Assembly: GCA_030704615.1 (NCBI GenBank)
Contig: CM060733.1
Coordinates: 29,264,001 to 29,328,000 of the forward strand
Direction: 5' to 3'
Source: Takakia lepidozioides
Lineage: Eukaryota > Plantae > Bryophyta
DNA length: 64,000 nucleotides
The notes under the pieces are model-generated. The model was not told where the DNA came from. It saw nothing but the letters and a program-made list of their open reading frames with translations, and ran no database searches. Both the position numbers and the translations under genes were made by a program. Shown here one piece after another: positions 58,380 to 64,000 of this stretch (the first letter of the stretch is position 1; each line of letters begins with the position of its first letter).

Positions 58380-59311
58380 ATCATGCACTTAAGCATATGT
58401 CATAATATATATTGATGTCCAACCACACTTCCTTGCACACAATCCTAGAAAACTATGTCACAATGATAAATGAAGTAAGAACGACAAAAGCGGAATGCAG
58501 TGAAAAACCTTCAAGCGTGAAACTACAACATGCTAAGGAGCAAACCCAACTCTTCCAAGTGTAAACCAACTCTATTACTCAATATAAATCAAGCCAATGA
58601 CACCTTTGCTAAATGAATCCACAATACGGACCTCACACACACTACCGCCCAAGAATTAGAGCTATGGCGGTGAAAGAGGCCTCGAAAGACTCAACTAAAA
58701 AAAGACGAGCATTCTTGAGCCTCACATGGAGATAAGCCTCTCCACGTCCCCAAGTGAGATTCGTCACCTCACTTGGCATATGGACCCAAATAAAGTCCCA
58801 ATGCCAACAAAATACGAATATAAATGTATTTAAATGTTATAACTAGCTATGAATAATTATTTCTAGATAACGGCTATGACAGCGATCGTGTACCTGTTAA
58901 GCATTGTGCCACAACATACATCACTGCCCAACCACAGATTCTAGCACATAATCCTAGACAATTGCCCCCATAGCTGGGGATTAGGTCCCTCTAACACCGG
59001 ATAACTAACAAATATCCCTTACAATTAGATCATCGTTTGGTTTTCAATCGCACAAGTCCCAATTTCTAGAGTCTATAGATGAAGAGGTCGGGTGCAAAGC
59101 TAGCCCCATCGTTAGTCGTCTTTCTACCATCCAGGACTTTCAGTCAAATATCCATGGTGTTGAACTTACACTAGCTAGACCTTAGATTATTGTCAGTCTC
59201 ACCATTGTCATGCACATTACCTCTGTCCAAAGCATCGTGAACACGATCAATCTTTGATATGAATCTCCTCAAGTGGTGGGGTCAAACATCCCATGTGCCA
59301 CCCCCTTGAGC
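58380..59311. mobile_element. Highly decayed LTR-retroelement debris
   Basis: AAGCATTGTGC.ACAAC...AATCCTAGA block repeated near 21563, 58390 and 58900; continuous across the TSD with the region right of 63275. Confidence 0.35.
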
Positions 59312-59316
59312 ACTTG

Positions 59317-59691
59317 TGTAACAAGGTAGAATCTAGAAGGTTCTAGATGGAGGATGAAAGTTCCCTAGAAGTTTCCAGAATAACTAGGAAGGATCCTAAG
59401 AAGTTTGACTTAAGGAAGTTTGACTTGAGGCTCTCAAGTCAAACCTCTAAGATATTCATATTATGGAGAGTAGGTCAAATCTTTGATAAAGTCATATTGA
59501 AGAGAATATGTCAAACCTATGAAGGTTGACTTTAGGAAGCTTTGACTTGAGGCTCTCAAGTCAAACCTTTAAAATAATCATATTGTGAAGGGTATATAAA
59601 CCTGCAATGAAAGCCTAGAAGGCATCGAGTTGTTTTGGGAAAAAGTTGAGAAGTACTTTTATTCTAGTTTGTGTAGATCCTGGGTGTTACA
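59317..59691 (+). repeat. 5' LTR (375 bp)
   Basis: Direct repeat of 62833-63269; TATA-like TATATAAA near 59593. Confidence 0.95.
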
Positions 59692-62600
59692 ATGGTATCA
59701 GATCCTAGTCTTTCTTAAAGTTGGGAGTGAATACCTTATTTAGGAGGATTCGATTAAGATGTTTTTTTTTAGAGATTTTTGTTGTTCATATTCTTAAGTG
59801 TTGAATAGATAGTAGTGATGGTGCGCCATAACAATAATATAAAAAAATTATGGACTTAAATCAACCCCCTTTCCGTGATTTTCCTTCGGAGTGTGAGTTC
59901 ACAATTATATGTCGTCGTAAAGCAGAAATCAGAGAGATTATAGTACAGAGATTTGGAGATGAACAATATCAAGAAGTGTTACAAAACCCACGACCTGTCG
60001 TCTTTCCTATAATTAGAAATTGGAAGGTATATATATGTGTATATACATAGCTCATGGATCGAGGTAGACATTTTCTGCCTAATTTTCCATCGCCAAATGT
60101 ATTTAATATCAATGTGCACGCCATCGACAAGCATCATCTTGTGAGATTTTTAGTTGCAGAATTTGAGGTAGAATTCATGAACCTTGTCATGAGTTCAAAC
60201 GTCCCTTTTGTATACCAATAGTCACGTACGGGATGGTTTGGGATTGCACTATTTACATACTATATTATGATAAAAGAATAGAGATAGTATACATTAATTT
60301 TAGAAGACAAACACCACGAAGAAAGGAGTAGTGGAGCAAGATGACGGACAATGAAGAAATGGTGGACAACGCACACACTACTCATCAAGCCAATGATCAG
60401 ACGGTGTGGATAATAGAGCGCTTACATGAATTGCAGAATGCTCTTGTCACGACCCAACAACAAAACGACGTGTTGATGGAGGAGCTTAAACAATTGAGAC
60501 AATCAACCGCCCCGGGACTGGTTGCTGATGAGTCGGATACGTTGCTGCAAAATATGACAAAGACATGCAAGGTCGAGCCATATAAAGGAAGTCGCGCAAT
60601 GGGAGTGCTAGAAGGATGGATTTATCGAATGGAGGTACATCTGTCATATTTCCTTACATCAAGTGATTTGGACCACGGAATGTTCATACGATCTTTTCTA
60701 CTCGACAATGCTTCAACATGGTTACAGACATGGGAAAGAAGACAGATTGCAAAAGAAGAACACTATGGAGCACCTTGAAAGCGAGACTGCTCCAACAATT
60801 CAAGGCAGTAGATGCTGTTACAACTGCTCGAATGAAATTATGGAACTTAGAACAACGCGGGAGTGTGCAAAATTACATTGAAGATTTTTTGAATCTTCAG
60901 GTCCAAATCGAAGACATGAGTCCTGCAGAAGCTTTAGACAACTTCAAAAGAGGATTGAAGAAGAAAATTCAAGGAGGGGTAATTTTACACAACCCGGTTG
61001 ATGTCCACGAAGCAATTTCATTGGCCCAAAAGATTGAAGGAACGCTACCAAAATACGACGAAGGTATACACGTTCCATTGAACCAATACGGACCAACGCC
61101 TATGCGAATTGTTACTTGCGGAACAAAATTACCATACAACCGAACGAGAAGAATTGGCCATTGTTTTGGGTACAAAACATTGGAAGCACTATCTTGGAGA
61201 CAAAGAGTTCATAGTGGAGACAGACCATAAACCGTTGGTGTACTTGGAGACACAAAAAAATCTATCGAAGAGAAAAATTCGTTGGGCGGAGTGACGACAA
61301 CAATTTAATATGAAGATCGTCTATGTGGAGGGAAAACAACAATTGGCAGATGCAATAACAAGGATGTCGTGCATGAACACATTGACAGAAATCAACATTC
61401 AACCCGATTGGTGGAACAAGATAGCGACGACTTCTAAAGATGATGAGGAGATCGTGGACGCTAAAAAGAAGGGCAAAGTGACAGAAGTTCGAGGGTTGGT
61501 ATTCAAGGAAGGTAAACTTTGGATCCCTGATGAACCTGTATTGAAGACAGAAGTCTTATTTGAAGCTCATGATACGGCGATAGCAGGACATGTTGGAGTT
61601 GAAAAAACATTCGAACAACTAAAACGAACATTTTATTGATCACGGATGCAAGACGAGGTGGAGGCGTACGTTCGAAGTTACATGAGATGTCAACAAAACA
61701 AGGCAACAAACCGCAAGCCAGCAAGTCTTTTACAACCACTACCAGTACCAAACAGACGTTGGGAACATATGAGCATGGATTTAGTTTGTGAGTTACCTCA
61801 AACCTCATCGGGATACGACATTATAGTGGTCTTTGTAGACAAATTGAGTAAGATGATACACATCCGTCCCACTAGAAAATCCGTCACTGCACCTGAACTA
61901 GCTCGACTATATCTGGAAGCGGTCTATTCTCATCATGGGCTATCTAAAGTTTTTATTACTGACAGGGGTACCCAATTTACTAGCTTGTTTTGGAAAAGCT
62001 TACTTGGTCTTTTTAAAACCAAATTAGCTATGTCAACAGCCTATCATCCGGAGTCAGATGGACAGATAGAGCGAGCAAATCGTACAATTGAAGACATGTT
62101 GCGGGCCTTTATGTTAGAAGAACAAGAAGAGTGAGATTGGTTATTACCATTGGTAGAATTTTCATACAATAACTCGGTCAACGCGTCAACGAAAGAAACT
62201 CCTTTATTTTTGATGTATGGTGAACATCCAAATGTGTCAATAACTCTTACGAAATTCAATTTACCAAAAGAGGAGTTATCCAAGGTAGCCGTGACTAACG
62301 CATTTGTGCAACAAATTCGACGGGGAGTACGTCTAGCTAAAGAGAAGCTAATGGTGGCCCAAAATCGCGAAAAGCAGTATGCAAATGTACGTCGACGAGA
62401 TAAGAAGTTTGCAGTTGGGGATCAAGAGTGGTTGTCTACAACCAATTTACACATAATTGGATCGCGAAAACTAGAGACACAGTTCATTGGTCATTTTTCG
62501 ATCATTAAACGCATTGGAGCAGTCGGTGTTTCACGTTTCTCTACTACGTCGTTACGAACCTCGACCATCAATATTCAAAGATAATCAAGAATCACAACCT

Positions 62601-62832
62601 TTACCAGAGTTGATAGACGGAAATGAAGAGTGGGAGGTCGACCGTGTTCTGAAAAAACGCACATACAAACGAGGACGACATGAGGTGTTGGAGTATTTGG
62701 TTTTATGGAAAGGATTTCCATTATATGAAGTTACCTGGGAACCGGTGCAAAATCTCGCAAATGCTCAATTGGCAATTCAAGCTTTTGAAAATTCGAACAA
62801 CGAGGACGTTGCTTCTTGAAAGAGGGGAGGAT

Positions 62833-63269
62833 TGTAACAAAGTAAAATCTAGAAGGTTCTAGATGGAGGAGGAAAGTTCCCTAGAAGTTTCCAGAATAAC
62901 TAGAAAGGATCCTAAGAAGTTTGACTTAAGGAAGTTTGACTTGAGGCTCTCAAGTCAAACATCTAAGATATTCATATTACGGAGAGTAGGTCAAATCTTT
63001 GATAAAGTCATATTGAAGAGAATATGTCAAACCTATAAAGGTTGACTTTAGCAAGTATCTTTTATAAAGTCGTATTGTGGAGAATATGTCAAACCTATGA
63101 AGGTTGACTTTAAGAAGCTTTGACTTGAGGCTCTCAAGTCAAACCTTTAAAATAATCATATTGTGAAGGGTATATAAACCTGCAATGAATGCCTAGAAGG
63201 CATCGAGTTGTTTTGGGAAAAAGTTGAGAAGTACTTCTATTCTAGTTTGTGTAGATCCTGGGTGTTACA
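62833..63269 (+). repeat. 3' LTR (437 bp; 62 bp longer because of an extra internal repeat unit)
   Basis: About 9 substitutions relative to the 5' LTR by manual count. Confidence 0.95.
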
Positions 63270-63274
63270 ACTTG

Positions 63275-63850
63275 TTACACACCAACATGGTTGCGGCACT
63301 ATTAGCATGCCCACACAACATGTAACGTAAGCTTGTACGTATCACTGCAAGATTGGGATCTATCATCACATCCACGTGTGGAAGGTGACATGGCACACAA
63401 TTGCACACATGGTCCTTTCATACCATGCCACCTCGACCCTCCATAATCATGACTCTTGAAGGCAATATCTTTCATACCCGTACAATTACACGTTTTGCTA
63501 TGACATCTGAGGTCATAGGTGGTGTTTGTTGCAGATACACAGTCTCATGGGTTGAATCTCCGAACCCCCGGTCGATACCCCCTTCCACGTATAATGACAC
63601 ACCTCAATTTGTCTCGGTGTTGGGCTATAGCAAAGTTCTTAAAAGCTATATGCATGATCTCTTGAACAAATCTGCTCGTTGGCCGCACATTTGTGTCCAC
63701 ACATCTGGATCATCATGGTTGAGGATTACTGCAGCCTCTATGTGATTAGATGTAGGTAAATTTGGTTCTCGACCGAAGAGAAGAAAGTAAGGTGAGAAGG
63801 AGGCAAGGGACGCTTGTTTGCTGAACCTATAGCCCATTGCCAACCTCTAA
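63275..63850 (-). mobile_element. Older Ty3/gypsy integrase C-terminal remnant
   Basis: AMGYRFSKQASLASFSPYFLLFGREP. Confidence 0.7.
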
Positions 63851-64000
63851 CACCGTCATTGCTCTAGTGTCCTCCGATCTTTGCCCCTTCCACCTCTTCA
63901 TGTCCTTCAAATATCCGTACTGGCTCCTCCCCCTCGGACGCAGATATGTCGGGGATATCAACAAGCATGTATTGTTTCATTGCGTTCCTTCTGCTGGCAG

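Larger units (their letters stand above)
59317..63269 (+). mobile_element. Ty3/gypsy chromovirus (Tcn1-like), 3953 bp, lacking protease and RT
   Basis: LTRs 59317-59691 and 62833-63269 (TGTAACA...TGTTACA); TSD ACTTG; PBS TGGTATCAGA at 59693; PPT GAAAGAGGGGAGGA; gag 60341-61105; RNase H C-terminal half; integrase HHCC and DDE; chromodomain WEVDRVL...YLVLWKGFP...TWEP. Stops and frameshifts present. Confidence 0.95.

Noticed and set aside
58456-58881. Solo LTR (TGTCA...TGACA)
   Set aside because: Flanks AACTA and GCGAT do not form a TSD.

Overview
Eukaryotic, intron-containing, transposon-dense DNA that looks like a non-seed land plant (bryophyte-like; inferred from the TE families and host gene, species not determinable). 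One long host gene (30372-53958, +, about 14 exons, about 2100 aa) encodes the plant alpha/beta-hydrolase + CAAX/CPBP protease fusion protein (At2g03140-like). Its introns and flanks carry at least 12 copies or fragments of one RTEX-like LINE family that lacks a poly(A) tail and inserts at TCT/(TC)n sites. One copy has an intact 912-aa RT ORF; another is interrupted by a young 423-bp TRIM whose LTRs each contain a full tRNA-like cloverleaf. The left 28 kb is a nest of decayed TEs: a MULE-type transposase next to a CACTA-type terminus inserted in a Ty3/gypsy remnant, palindromic GCGACCGCC arrays, a second copy of that terminus next to a spliced ubiquitin-like-domain gene, a pogo-like transposase interrupted by a Dualen/RandI-like LINE with a chromodomain, an unknown spliced gene family in two diverged copies, 147-bp tandem repeats and MITEs. 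The right end holds a rearranged Replitron-like HUH remnant and an internally deleted chromoviral LTR element with intact LTRs and TSD. All calls come from manual reading and translation; no database searches were run, and family names are from recall.
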